From positions 9,441-73,440 of the forward strand of contig DASUKB010000004.1 in NCBI GenBank assembly GCA_036278915.1: a stretch of 64,000 nt of DNA, written 5' to 3'. How positions within the stretch are numbered: the first letter of the stretch is position 1; every line of letters starts with the position of its first letter. This DNA is from Patescibacteria group bacterium (GTDB lineage: Bacteria > Patescibacteriota > Doudnabacteria > UBA920 > O2-02-FULL-48-8). Below are positions 28,676-38,358 of the stretch, in pieces. A model generated the notes under the pieces. That model ran no database searches. It had not been told where the DNA came from and worked only from the letters and a program-made list of their open reading frames with translations. Both the position numbers and the translations under genes were made by a program.

Positions 28676-31585
28676 TTAGGATTTAATCAATCCAGTTAAA
28701 CGCACGAGCGACAATATTCTGCCGTTACGGTAACCCGCAAAGCCCAACAGTGTCAAGCTCGCAAGGATAATGCTTAAAGTCGCCGTGTTGCCGGTAGGAG
28801 GCGCCACAAACGGAGTCATGCAAGAGACTGAAACATTCACAGTGTTGCCGAATGTGTTGCTCATGGTGCAGTCCGTGGTGCCGGCTGGAATCGGATTTTT
28901 TACCTGCACGCGGAACGCGCGGTTGACCGTGGCTCCGGCGGCTATGTCCGTGGCTGGATAAGTCAGAACATTGCCGTTGAGCGTAGCTCCGTCAATATCA
29001 ATGAGGTTGGAAAGCTTAACCACGTCCGAGACGTCATCCGTAAACACATAATTGGCCATGGTGGCATTGCCGGTGTTGCTTGCGGTCAGGGTATACGTGA
29101 TCATATCACCTGCTTTGGCAGTCACAGTGGTTGCATCTTTGTTCTGGGTGTCGTTCCAAGCTTTCTTGGAAAGGCTCAAGTTGGGGTTGCCGGACGGACA
29201 GTTTTGAGTGGTGACAATCGCAGTATCGCTTACCTGGCCTGCGTTATCCGCCACAGCAGTGGCGCGATTTGTCAAAGTTTGGCCGCAATTGGCGTTATTC
29301 ATAACTGCCTGGAAACTTGTGGTTACGGACTGGCCGGGATTTAAGGAAGCAATTTTTAAGTACGGCGAGACTGTTGGATTGCCCGAGGAGGACAAGCTGA
29401 CAGACAAATTATTGTTGTAATTTATGCCGTTTGGCAAGACATCTGTGATAACAACGTTTTGCGCCACAGCTGAACCGGTATTGGTAACGACTAAACGATA
29501 AACCAATTGGTCGCCGAAGGAGCTGGCAACGGATTTTTGGAAACCAGTGCCGGTTGTGGAATCGGAAACCGTCTTCACGATGCTCAAGCTCGTGTTGGTG
29601 GAGAGATTGCAAAGAACTGTAACCTTGGCTGAATCAGAGACTTTGGAGGCATTATCCGCAACAGCTGTCGATGTGTTGGTTGCGGAATTATCACAGCCGC
29701 CCGGTGCCACATCAAATGTAATCGTGTCCAACTGACCTGCTTGAAGGAGTCCAAGTTGAATGTTGGGTAAAGTGTTTGAACTTGCCTGTCCATTGATCTG
29801 GAAATTTCCGGCAAACGGCAGGGTTCCTGGCAAGACATCTGTGACAACAACGTTTTTGGCAACGCTTTCGCCTGTGTTGGATACGACAATCTTAAACGAT
29901 ACGCCCGTGCCAGCATTTATAGTCAGACTGTCGGCATAATTTTTGCCGCCGTCTTTGCTTACAGTTTTGCTGATAGTCAGCACTGGGGGCTTCGGTGGAG
30001 GCGGACAGACTGGTCCTGTGAGTTTGGCTGTGTCAGAAACCGGTCCAACTTCGTTGGATTGGGCGGTTGCCGTGTTGGTCACAGTTGTGGCACAAGTAAT
30101 ACTGTTGACCTTGGCATTGAAGGTAAATGTCTGCGAAGCACCAGGGGCAATTGTACCCATGGCAATGTTGTTCAAATCCGCACTACCCGAATTGGATAAA
30201 CCTGCGGGTAAAACATCTTTAGCAACCACGTGAGTGGCATCTCCTGTGCCAGTGTTTGACACAACAAGTTTGAATGAAACACTATCTCCTGCTTTAGCCG
30301 GGACTGATTCCACAAAACCTGATCCTGTGGTGATATTGCTTACAGTTTTGCTGATAGTCAGCACTGGGGGCTTCGGTGGAGGGGGCGTATTGGTTTTGAC
30401 TACGAGCTGGTAAGTTACGAAGTGTAAAAACTGAAAACAACCGCGCATATCGCCGATAGAAACACCTGAACCTGTGATGCCGTCAGGCAAGTTGGCCTGG
30501 AACGCACCGGTGTTGTCGTAAAGTTTGGTGGAACCGGAAACATACTGCAAGACTTGATTGGCACCCAAAGACACGTTGACATTGCCGCCTTTTTGCGCGG
30601 AAGTTATCGTGTCGGCATTGTCCGCCCAGGCTGTAGCAGTGATTGCACCGGACCCGTTTGGAACACTTGATTTCACTTGCACGTTGTGTGCGATGTTTTC
30701 CGGGAAATCCAAAACGCCGTTGTGCACATAAAGTTCAACGGTTATGGTTTGGCCGTCAGTGGCCGCAACTGTCCCATTGCTGGTGACAAATGCGCCGCCA
30801 GTGGTGGCATTTTTGGCTGCAAGCATATGGTAGTCGGTGCAGGTTGCGCCGGATTCGGAAATCGGCCAGATGTTGAGCATTGGTTTGCCGCGAGGTGGAG
30901 TTGGCAGACAAACATCGCCGCCACCATCGCCTCCGCCTGTGTCTTTGGAAATCAAAGACGCCTCAAGGGTCGTGTCTGAATCCATAATCACAGTGTAGCT
31001 GCGTTCGTAAAAATCAGTCAGGTTTGCGCCAATGTCCGCGGTGTAGGTTCCGCTGTTCAATTTGAAAGTCGCGGATCCGGAACCGTTCGTATTGGCTGAC
31101 TGGCCGTTGGACAGAGAAACTTTTGCATTTGGTATCAAAATATTTTTTGCCGGATCACCGTTGAACACGCGGACATTCAAGGTAAATTGGGCCGGATCTA
31201 CCGCTTTGGCGATAAGCGATGCCTCAAGCGTAGTGTCCGAATCGATAATCACATGGTACGAACGGTCTTGGTAGTCCTTGCCTGAAAGCTGAAGCGTGTA
31301 GCCGTCTTCCGCGACATTAGTAAAGACCACGGTACCGGAACCGTTGGTAGTGGCCTTGGTCAAGTTCGACGGATTGCCGCTTGTATCTGCATGCAGCGTC
31401 ACGTCTACGCCCGAAATTAATTTGTTCTGGGCCGGGTCGCCTTCAAACACTCGCACAGTTAAATTGTGCTTGGACGAGAAATCGGCATGAGTAATAGCCA
31501 CGGCTCCAACCACACAGGCCAAAGCCAAAGCAAGCCCCACAGATCGGGCCACGCCTGTTCTCGTAATTTGCGAAAACTTTTGCAT
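28676..31585 (-). CDS. large surface protein (969 aa) with two N-terminal ~100-aa repeats, 3-4 DUF11-type repeats and C-terminal APPTG + TM + basic tail; true start at Met 31585
   Basis: DUF11-like modules (VVSNTG..A.NVVVTDVLP.GL); duplicated PPPKPPVLTISKTVS linkers; C-terminus FVAPPTGNTATLSIILASLTLLGFAGYRNGR; AGAAAGGAAAG SD before ATG 31585. Confidence 0.6.
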   Translation of the reverse strand: MQKFSQITRTGVARSVGLALALACVVGAVAITHADFSSKHNLTVRVFEGDPAQNKLISGVDVTLHADTSGNPSNLTKATTNGSGTVVFTNVAEDGYTLQLSGKDYQDRSYHVIIDSDTTLEASLIAKAVDPAQFTLNVRVFNGDPAKNILIPNAKVSLSNGQSANTNGSGSATFKLNSGTYTADIGANLTDFYERSYTVIMDSDTTLEASLISKDTGGGDGGGDVCLPTPPRGKPMLNIWPISESGATCTDYHMLAAKNATTGGAFVTSNGTVAATDGQTITVELYVHNGVLDFPENIAHNVQVKSSVPNGSGAITATAWADNADTITSAQKGGNVNVSLGANQVLQYVSGSTKLYDNTGAFQANLPDGITGSGVSIGDMRGCFQFLHFVTYQLVVKTNTPPPPKPPVLTISKTVSNITTGSGFVESVPAKAGDSVSFKLVVSNTGTGDATHVVAKDVLPAGLSNSGSADLNNIAMGTIAPGASQTFTFNAKVNSITCATTVTNTATAQSNEVGPVSDTAKLTGPVCPPPPKPPVLTISKTVSKDGGKNYADSLTINAGTGVSFKIVVSNTGESVAKNVVVTDVLPGTLPFAGNFQINGQASSNTLPNIQLGLLQAGQLDTITFDVAPGGCDNSATNTSTAVADNASKVSDSAKVTVLCNLSTNTSLSIVKTVSDSTTGTGFQKSVASSFGDQLVYRLVVTNTGSAVAQNVVITDVLPNGINYNNNLSVSLSSSGNPTVSPYLKIASLNPGQSVTTSFQAVMNNANCGQTLTNRATAVADNAGQVSDTAIVTTQNCPSGNPNLSLSKKAWNDTQNKDATTVTAKAGDMITYTLTASNTGNATMANYVFTDDVSDVVKLSNLIDIDGATLNGNVLTYPATDIAAGATVNRAFRVQVKNPIPAGTTDCTMSNTFGNTVNVSVSCMTPFVAPPTGNTATLSIILASLTLLGFAGYRNGRILSLVRLTGLIKS

Positions 31586-31737
31586 AACTTTCCTTTCTGA
31601 ATAATTAATTCTATCCGATTTTATTTTGAAATTTTTGAGAATGATCAATCCACCCGCGTTTATGGATGAACTGAATGATTCACAAAAAAAGGTTGGAGGA
31701 GAAAACACGTTTCGTGTTCTCCCCTCCCGATTTGAGA

Positions 31738-32643
31738 TTAGCCACCAGTCGGCCTGGGTGGCGGCGGAATACCCTGCTTCTGGGACTCCGGCGGCGGTTC
31801 GGAACTGTGGTGGTTTTGATCGACTCCAATCACAATTCCGCCGACCACGGCGGCGGCAACTACGGGCCACACCCAGCACGGGGCGCCCCAGGCTCGGCAC
31901 GGCTTGTGCACGGGTACCGGAGGCGGTGGCGGAGTTGGCGGCAGTACGATTTTGACGTTGTTGACTGCCACAGCGATAGGTCCCGGAGCTGGCGGTACAA
32001 CAGTCGGCGCAGGTGCAGGCTGCGCTTTGACCACCACGTCCTTCGGAGGGTTGACCACCATAGGCGGTACGTCTCGGAAACCCGAGACGTTGCGACACCG
32101 TTCGTAGATGATCGGCCGCACTGCTTGTCCGGCGAATGGACCCGAGGTGATCGGAATCGCTTCGTCCAATTCCCAACCAGTGATCGGACCGCTCGTTTTG
32201 TTAACCGGATAGTCCCGGTCGACATACACGGCAGAATTTCCATTAGCATCAGGGTGGCTACCAGAAGCCATCGGGAAGTCGCCGGCCACGCCACCGTTCT
32301 GAATGGTCTTGGGATGGACCTTGCCATCCTGAAACTGGCGCACAACCTGATCCCAGAATTCCTGTGGCAGCGGAGTGAGTATGGATCCGAAATAAGCTCC
32401 AGCCATTCCGCGACGGATCTTATCCTTCGCGGCTTGGTAACTGGCTGCATCCGACAGCACCATGTTGGTGATCTGCGGCTTCTCACTGGGTTCCACTCCG
32501 GTAATCGGCGGAACCATCCTGTCTGGCACCAGCGGATTCACCGCGTAATGGCGCCAAATGAAAGGCTTCTCGGTCTTGTTCTGTGCCTGCGCGGGAAGCG
32601 CAAAGCACAAACACACGGCCACGAACACCACTAATCTCTTCAT
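31738..32643 (-). CDS. GC-rich secreted proline-rich protein with C-terminal TM (start at MKRLVV, Met 32643)
   Basis: Signal peptide MKRLVVFVAVCLCFALPAQAQ; AAAGGAGGGA SD 5 nt before this ATG; PPTPPPPPVPV low-complexity; ~60% GC. Confidence 0.45.
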   Translation of the reverse strand: MKRLVVFVAVCLCFALPAQAQNKTEKPFIWRHYAVNPLVPDRMVPPITGVEPSEKPQITNMVLSDAASYQAAKDKIRRGMAGAYFGSILTPLPQEFWDQVVRQFQDGKVHPKTIQNGGVAGDFPMASGSHPDANGNSAVYVDRDYPVNKTSGPITGWELDEAIPITSGPFAGQAVRPIIYERCRNVSGFRDVPPMVVNPPKDVVVKAQPAPAPTVVPPAPGPIAVAVNNVKIVLPPTPPPPPVPVHKPCRAWGAPCWVWPVVAAAVVGGIVIGVDQNHHSSEPPPESQKQGIPPPPRPTGG

Positions 32644-32758
32644 TAGTCCCTCCTTTAAGGACATGAAAGTCTATCTGAAGTCGCTTGAAAGCAACAGCTA
32701 AGAATACTCTAAATGGCCGCGTTTGTCAAGGCTTAAAACCTGCACTTAACCGTCAAAT

Positions 32759-33892
32759 TTATAGGCTCGAAAGCTCTGCAGACACGACCATGCGGTTTTT
32801 GGCAGTGCCTATGGGCCAGCAGGTGGAAAGGTTAAGTTTGGCCGAGGAATTGTCTATAAATTGCGTCTGGTCATCGGGTGAGAACACGTTTTGGCCAGTC
32901 ACGCGGTAACGGTAGTTATAGACCTTGCCATCCTTGCCGTAGACCGTGATGTAAATGTCGTCGCCTGGTTTGAGATAATTGATTTTGGTAAAAATCGTGG
33001 CAAACGGATCGTGCTTCCAAACGTAGTCGGAAGAATGGCCGGATACGTACATCGTACCGACCTCGCCAGGCAGAGCGGTGCCCGGGTAATGTATCACGCC
33101 GTGTTCCAAGTCGTTATCAAAAGCGGAGGCGTCCGGACTAAATATAAACGGCGCGGAAATATTGAGCTTAGGTATAGACAAAACGCCCGGTTTGGACAAA
33201 TCAAAATTATCCGCATCCGCCGTGGTTATAGCTGATCCTTTGTTGGACGAAACCGCGTAACTTATACGCTCCGAAACCATATTGAGGTTAACGTTTGTCA
33301 AAAGCTTGCTCTGATCTGAAGTTAATCCACCCGCGCCCCAAGGGTTAGTAGAATTCAAGGCCTCCACGCCGTCTGCCGTGCCATCACCGTCGGAATCAGA
33401 AAGGGTTGGGTTGGTACGCAGCATATATTCATCATAGTTTGTAAGCCCGTCGTTGTCGTAATCATTATCAGGCGCCAACAGGTCTTTGTTGGAAACTGAG
33501 TAAAAATATCCACCGATCCACTGATTATAAGCGGTTAAATCCTCGCCCAAAATTTGCTGATCTTGCGGCTTGGCAAAAAATCCTTGCGCCTGCGCGGCAA
33601 GCGATGGAAAATTCATCGTCGAATAAAAAATCAAAAACGAACCGGCAAACACTGCTGGGTAAACTAAAATACTTTTATACGGATGAAATATTCGGCGTAA
33701 AAACGCGAGAAAATTTGTAACTTCTAACCCCTTCTCATTTTTTGGCAGTTCCAAAGGTTTGGCCTCAATCTGCGCGCTTTGTTTAAGCACAAACCCGGTT
33801 GCGTCTGCAGTCACGTCAAAATTCCCGATTTTGAGCAATCGGTAAATCTCGGGCTGGTCTGAATTTGATTGTGGGAGTTCCTGTGGATTCAT
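32759..33892 (-). CDS. sortase-family transpeptidase with N-terminal TM and calcium-binding DxDxDG repeats
   Basis: YVSGHS (His), LNLSTCWP (Cys), NRMVV (Arg) catalytic motifs; DNDYDNDGLTNYDE and DSDGDGTADGVE TSP3-like repeats. Confidence 0.7.
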   Translation of the reverse strand: MNPQELPQSNSDQPEIYRLLKIGNFDVTADATGFVLKQSAQIEAKPLELPKNEKGLEVTNFLAFLRRIFHPYKSILVYPAVFAGSFLIFYSTMNFPSLAAQAQGFFAKPQDQQILGEDLTAYNQWIGGYFYSVSNKDLLAPDNDYDNDGLTNYDEYMLRTNPTLSDSDGDGTADGVEALNSTNPWGAGGLTSDQSKLLTNVNLNMVSERISYAVSSNKGSAITTADADNFDLSKPGVLSIPKLNISAPFIFSPDASAFDNDLEHGVIHYPGTALPGEVGTMYVSGHSSDYVWKHDPFATIFTKINYLKPGDDIYITVYGKDGKVYNYRYRVTGQNVFSPDDQTQFIDNSSAKLNLSTCWPIGTAKNRMVVSAELSSL

Positions 33893-33904
33893 ATGTTTCT
33901 TGAC

Positions 33905-33942
33905 TCCAAACTATACTCCTTTTTGGCGAATTTGTCAACCCC
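33905..33942 (-). promoter_or_regulatory. sigma70-like promoter TTGACA-17-TATAGT for the sortase gene (coordinates +/-3)
   Basis: minus strand: TTGACAaattcgccaaaaaggagTATAGTttggagtcaagaaacatATG. Confidence 0.45.
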
Positions 33943-34003
33943 GAGTGAAGGTTTAAACTTATTTGCTAAAAGTTGCCGTTTTGCTTAAAATTAACTATAG
34001 ATT

Positions 34004-35173
34004 ATGCCAAAAATAAAAAACTACTTCATCGCGTCCGAAACCAACGATTATCGCCCATTTATTACATCAACCACGGCATTAGTCCTGTTTGTGGCCATTA
34101 TTTGGTGCTTGAGGCTTATACTTCCAGCATCAATTAGTCTGGCCCAAAGCTACATTGACCCCACGGATGTAGCCAACCGCATAAATACCGAACGGACATC
34201 ACGCAACATCCCCCCGGTCTCCACTAACGATAAACTTGTCACGGCTGCCAATGGCAAGGCAAATGATATGCTCTCCCGAAGCTATTTTTCGCACATTGAC
34301 CCGGATGGCAACTATGTCTGGCCACGCATTGAAGCGGCCGGCTATACTCCCTACTCTATTCTGGGCGAAAACTTGGCTATGGACTTTACTTCTGCCTCCG
34401 ATATGGTCGCGGCCTGGATGAACAGCCCTACCCATCGCGCAAATTTACTCAATGACCAATTTAAAGATCAAGGGGTAGCCCAAGCAAGCGGTCTGTATGA
34501 ACCCGGACACGACACAACTATAGTCGTAAGTCTGTTCGGAGCGCTTGCGCAAACTTCGCACGTCCAGACAGCCCCAACGGGGACCTCCAATCCCCCGGTT
34601 GCGGGAACTTCCACCCCGAGCAATGATACTTCCAAACCCGACCAATTGGCAATTGGTTCGGATGCACAAGTCAGCGTGACCCAAGTTTCCGGCCACAGTT
34701 TGGTTTCCGTAAGTGTTTCCGCCACTGGCAATCCGACATTGGTTACGGCAAGGCTTTTGACGCAATCCATAACTCTCCTGCCGCAGGACGGCCGATTTGC
34801 CGGTACGTTTACATTTAATTTATCCGACCAGTTGAGCGGCCAGCAAATTTCCATTGAAGCGCGAAATGCCGCCGGCGAAAAAACCGAAAGTCAGGTTCAG
34901 CTTTCGCAGATTGAAAGCATTCCTCCTGGTCCGGATGCAGAAAACGCAACGTCCACAACGGCGCCATCTCCCATCCCCGTCTCGCAGGAAGCGCAGGTTA
35001 TGAATATTTTGCGAATTATTTTTGGAATTCTTTCTGTAATCTATCTGGGATTCCTGGTCACCGACTGGATTATCATCCATCGGGCACACGTGGACCGACC
35101 CGGCGCGCACCTGGCCCCACAAATCGCAGTATTCTTCATCCTGGCTTTAGTAAATCTCTTCGTAAAATTCTAG
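34004..35173 (+). CDS. CAP/SCP/PR1-like domain secreted protein with C-terminal TM
   Basis: SYFSHIDPDGNYVWPRIEAAGY...NSPTHRANLL CAP-domain motifs. Confidence 0.6.
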   Translation: MPKIKNYFIASETNDYRPFITSTTALVLFVAIIWCLRLILPASISLAQSYIDPTDVANRINTERTSRNIPPVSTNDKLVTAANGKANDMLSRSYFSHIDPDGNYVWPRIEAAGYTPYSILGENLAMDFTSASDMVAAWMNSPTHRANLLNDQFKDQGVAQASGLYEPGHDTTIVVSLFGALAQTSHVQTAPTGTSNPPVAGTSTPSNDTSKPDQLAIGSDAQVSVTQVSGHSLVSVSVSATGNPTLVTARLLTQSITLLPQDGRFAGTFTFNLSDQLSGQQISIEARNAAGEKTESQVQLSQIESIPPGPDAENATSTTAPSPIPVSQEAQVMNILRIIFGILSVIYLGFLVTDWIIIHRAHVDRPGAHLAPQIAVFFILALVNLFVKF

Positions 35174-35220
35174 AATAGATTGGAAAAGAAATGGACATCC
35201 CACCACGATCGCGGACAAAC

Positions 35221-35246
35221 AAAAAAGGCCTGTCCGGCCTTTTTAG
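35221..35246. terminator. short bidirectional terminator between convergent genes
   Basis: aaaaaaggcc-tgtcc-ggccttttt. Confidence 0.45.
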
Positions 35247-35270
35247 CTACTGAGCATGCTCCGTAGCATT

Positions 35271-36719
35271 TTATATATATTCCTTAACCTTTACAAACTC
35301 ATAACCTTGTTTGTTGCTTTGTTGGATAAATCGTTTGATCATTTTTAGAGTCTCATCTGCTGGAAATACTTCACCTTTGTCGTAATCCACTTCTGAGCGT
35401 TGCATTGGCAATCCTGTATCTTCCATAGTGCCAATATGGAAAATTCTTATTCTGCCCTGGCCATTGCTACTTAGGGCTTTTTTTAATAAATTTTCTGCTT
35501 TCAGAGTTTTGCTCGGAGGAATCGCGACCACATCGTAAGGGTTTCCGTGTACTACTTCCAGGCCCATTGCCTGAAATTCCCGCAGACTGTCTACTGTGCC
35601 GTGTACTCCTGCAATCCTGCCTATGGTTGGCTTTTCACCCGTAACTTGTTGGATCAGGTCTGTGGTCTTTTTTACATCACCTAAATCTTTCCTTGGACCG
35701 ACAAATCTTTTGGAGTATTCTTTCAAACCCGCTTTTGGCTTTGCGCCTTCTTGCGCCCATTCGTGAACGCCGACATCATGGCCCTCGTCAATTATCCGTT
35801 TTACGGTGTGTTCCCGCCCTTTGATAAGTGACCCGACCAAAAAAAATGTCGCTTTAGTATTCATTTCTTTGAGAATATCGAGAAGCTTTTCTGTTTCTTC
35901 GTTTGGACCATCATCAAAGGTTAAAGCCATGGCTTTTTTGCCTTCCTGTTCAAGTTTATTTTTATCCATAGACCAATGCACATTTTTACCTTTTATCCAC
36001 TCTGGTGCTGCACTTTTTTCAATTGCCCAATCTATTTTTTCAACCAGATGTGCCAACCCTAAAGCTTTCAAAACTCGCAAACGATCAACACTGGGTTCAA
36101 ACTTTTGCTCGTTACCGCTTATTTGTTTTACTAAATCAGGATTGAACTTGAATAGATTAGTGATTTTGGTGTCAGCAGTTTTCGGCGAATGCAGGACATC
36201 TTCTTTGAATTGCTTGGCATCCAACGCCTGGTTATCTATCCAATCTACGGGCAGATCTTTTCCGTGTTCCCCAAGAAATTTATTGATTCGTTCTTGAATA
36301 TTGAGCAATTGATCTAAAAACTCAACTGAAAACTCTTTTGAATTGAGTTCGTCTAACTTTTTAGCAGTCTTATAAAATTCGTCCTGCTCATATTTTTGGA
36401 CCACATAAAAAGACTTGCCTTCTTTGGAGGCATTCGATGGCGCGCCCTCTACGAACATTGCCTTCGGCAAATAATCGCCAAGTTCTGCTTGTGTGGCTTC
36501 GTAGAACTTTTTGAGTTTAACAAATTGTTCGTGATTTTTTCCGCCGTCGTCAAAGTATTCAGTTACGCCGTATTCCGGACCACTAAATTCTTTTTCTTGT
36601 CCGCCAGGAATTTCGAATGATTTTTCCACGTGGCCAAGTTTATGCAAATCAAATTCCGCCTCTTGCTTCAGAGTCTCTGTCTCGCCATTTATAAATGGTA
36701 TTTGTTTTTCTTTACGCAT
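35271..36719 (-). CDS. polysaccharide deacetylase (CE4/NodB homology domain) with ~230-aa N-terminal domain of unknown function
   Basis: ALTFDDGPNEETEKLLDILKEMNTKATFFLVG...HEWAQEG NodB motifs. Confidence 0.7.
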   Translation of the reverse strand: MRKEKQIPFINGETETLKQEAEFDLHKLGHVEKSFEIPGGQEKEFSGPEYGVTEYFDDGGKNHEQFVKLKKFYEATQAELGDYLPKAMFVEGAPSNASKEGKSFYVVQKYEQDEFYKTAKKLDELNSKEFSVEFLDQLLNIQERINKFLGEHGKDLPVDWIDNQALDAKQFKEDVLHSPKTADTKITNLFKFNPDLVKQISGNEQKFEPSVDRLRVLKALGLAHLVEKIDWAIEKSAAPEWIKGKNVHWSMDKNKLEQEGKKAMALTFDDGPNEETEKLLDILKEMNTKATFFLVGSLIKGREHTVKRIIDEGHDVGVHEWAQEGAKPKAGLKEYSKRFVGPRKDLGDVKKTTDLIQQVTGEKPTIGRIAGVHGTVDSLREFQAMGLEVVHGNPYDVVAIPPSKTLKAENLLKKALSSNGQGRIRIFHIGTMEDTGLPMQRSEVDYDKGEVFPADETLKMIKRFIQQSNKQGYEFVKVKEYI

Positions 36720-37615
36720 TAAATCACCTGTGCGGCGAAGTTGTGAGTGGCTAAAATTATTGAAACCACCAAAAGCCCCAAAACCAAATATTCCAATGCG
36801 ATTTTACTGGTGAAAGTTTTTTCCAGGTAGTGATGCATAAATCCCCAGACCGTATTGTACAAAGCCAAAAGTATGAGCGCCGCAGTCAGATACTGGTAAG
36901 TCCAGTTGTGGAAAGCCCAGACTCCAATTAAGCCCGAAAAAAGTGCAAAAATTATCGCAAATAAATATACTCTGCTCTTTTGGAACCCGTGCGCAAACAG
37001 AGCCTGATGCATAAGGAAAAAAGTCACGGCCACAGTCAGCCAAAACACCACTTTTGTCGGGTATGCAAAATACCAACAAATGCCAATTATGCCCGCATAG
37101 GCTTCGTAAGCCACCAAAAGTTTGGCCACGGACAAAATCCGAAGCCAAGCGGAATTGGCAGAAAGCTTACGCGACAAATGCTCGTGCATATGCGCGAAGT
37201 TTAGACAGAAAGCAAAGGCAGAAATCAAAATTACCACCTGCTTGAGTTCGGGCCGGAACGGATTTAAAAACAGCAGAGCTGCCGCGGACCAAAATAAAAT
37301 TGTCGGCAGCACATAATAATTGGCAAAGTGCCTCAAATATTGGAAATTGCCGAAATGCCGAAGACGCTGCACAAACGCGTCGCGCAAAATATGGCGAAAC
37401 TGTACGGAAGCCAAACTTACGGGCCTGCTGTCTTTGAGGTGCAAATCGAACATAAACGCAATCCAAATCACCTGGAACGCGAACAAATACCAAGCCACGG
37501 ACAAAAATTCCCAGATCTGGTTTAGGCCAATCAACACCGAAAGGGTTTCCAAACCCAAGAACAGGACCACCGTGATTATGAAATTGGATAGAATTTTATT
37601 TTGATGTGTGTTCAT
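36719..37615 (-). CDS. hypothetical polytopic membrane protein
   Basis: ~8 TM helices; no motif recognised. Confidence 0.4.
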   Translation of the reverse strand: MNTHQNKILSNFIITVVLFLGLETLSVLIGLNQIWEFLSVAWYLFAFQVIWIAFMFDLHLKDSRPVSLASVQFRHILRDAFVQRLRHFGNFQYLRHFANYYVLPTILFWSAAALLFLNPFRPELKQVVILISAFAFCLNFAHMHEHLSRKLSANSAWLRILSVAKLLVAYEAYAGIIGICWYFAYPTKVVFWLTVAVTFFLMHQALFAHGFQKSRVYLFAIIFALFSGLIGVWAFHNWTYQYLTAALILLALYNTVWGFMHHYLEKTFTSKIALEYLVLGLLVVSIILATHNFAAQVI

Positions 37616-37630
37616 CTAATTTCTGGCTTC

Positions 37631-38344
37631 TTACTTTTTACTTTTCCGGTAGGCGAGGAGGTTTGCTCTATATAGTGTATCAAATGTTCCGGCATCTATC
37701 CACTCGCCGTCTACTATATCCACAATGAGCTCATTTTGCTTAAGGTAAGCCTCAACTATATCTGTTACCTCAAGCTCTCCCCTTGCTGACGGTTTCAAAT
37801 TTTTTGCAATTGCCGTGGCGTTTTTGTCAAAAACATAAAGACCAGTGAGAGCATAATCAGAAATTTTGACCTTGGGTTTTTCAGCGACTTCAATTGCTTT
37901 CATCTTCTTGTCAAATTTTACCTGACCAAATCTTTCTGGATCGGCAACTTTCTTTACAAACACGAGTCCGCCTTTTTTGAATTTCTTTATAATTTTGGAC
38001 ACATCATCCTCGAACAAATTATCTCCAAGAATCATACAAACATCACCCCCATCGATAAAATGCCTGCCAATGATGAATGCTTGCGCCAAACCCTCCGGCT
38101 TGTCTTGAATTTCGTAAGTAAACCGCGCGCCGAATTCCTTGCCGCTGCCAAGAAGTTTAAGGTAATCCCCCGCGTGATCAGGGGCCACGATAATAAGAAT
38201 CTCTTTGATGCCGGCAGAAAGCAGGACATCAAGCGGATACATAATCATTGGCCGATTGTAAACAGGCAAAAGCTGCTTACTGGTAACTTTGGTAAGCGGA
38301 TAAAGCCTTGTGCCCAATCCTCCAGAAAGAATTATGCCTTTCAT
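37631..38344 (-). CDS. rmlA: glucose-1-phosphate thymidylyltransferase (short form)
   Basis: MKGIILSGGLGTRLYPLTKVTSKQLLPVYNRPMIMYPL...LAQAFIIG...ILGDNLF near-identical to RmlA consensus. Confidence 0.8.
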   Translation of the reverse strand: MKGIILSGGLGTRLYPLTKVTSKQLLPVYNRPMIMYPLDVLLSAGIKEILIIVAPDHAGDYLKLLGSGKEFGARFTYEIQDKPEGLAQAFIIGRHFIDGGDVCMILGDNLFEDDVSKIIKKFKKGGLVFVKKVADPERFGQVKFDKKMKAIEVAEKPKVKISDYALTGLYVFDKNATAIAKNLKPSARGELEVTDIVEAYLKQNELIVDIVDGEWIDAGTFDTLYRANLLAYRKSKK

Positions 38345-38358
38345 ATTTAGAAATTAGA

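Noticed and set aside
31586-32176. N-terminal 197 codons of the 1166-aa ORF 28676..32176
   Set aside because: Arg/Gly/Cys-rich nonsense translation in an alternative frame of the GC-rich gene 31738..32643. The true start is Met 31585, which has an SD and is followed by a signal peptide.
31860-32486. 208-aa minus-strand ORF
   Set aside because: Alternative frame within the same GC-rich gene. Arg/Ser-rich, no start context.
31675-32634. 319-aa plus-strand ORF
   Set aside because: Antisense of the GC-rich Pro-rich gene. Arg-rich composition, no signal/SD; typical high-GC antisense artefact.
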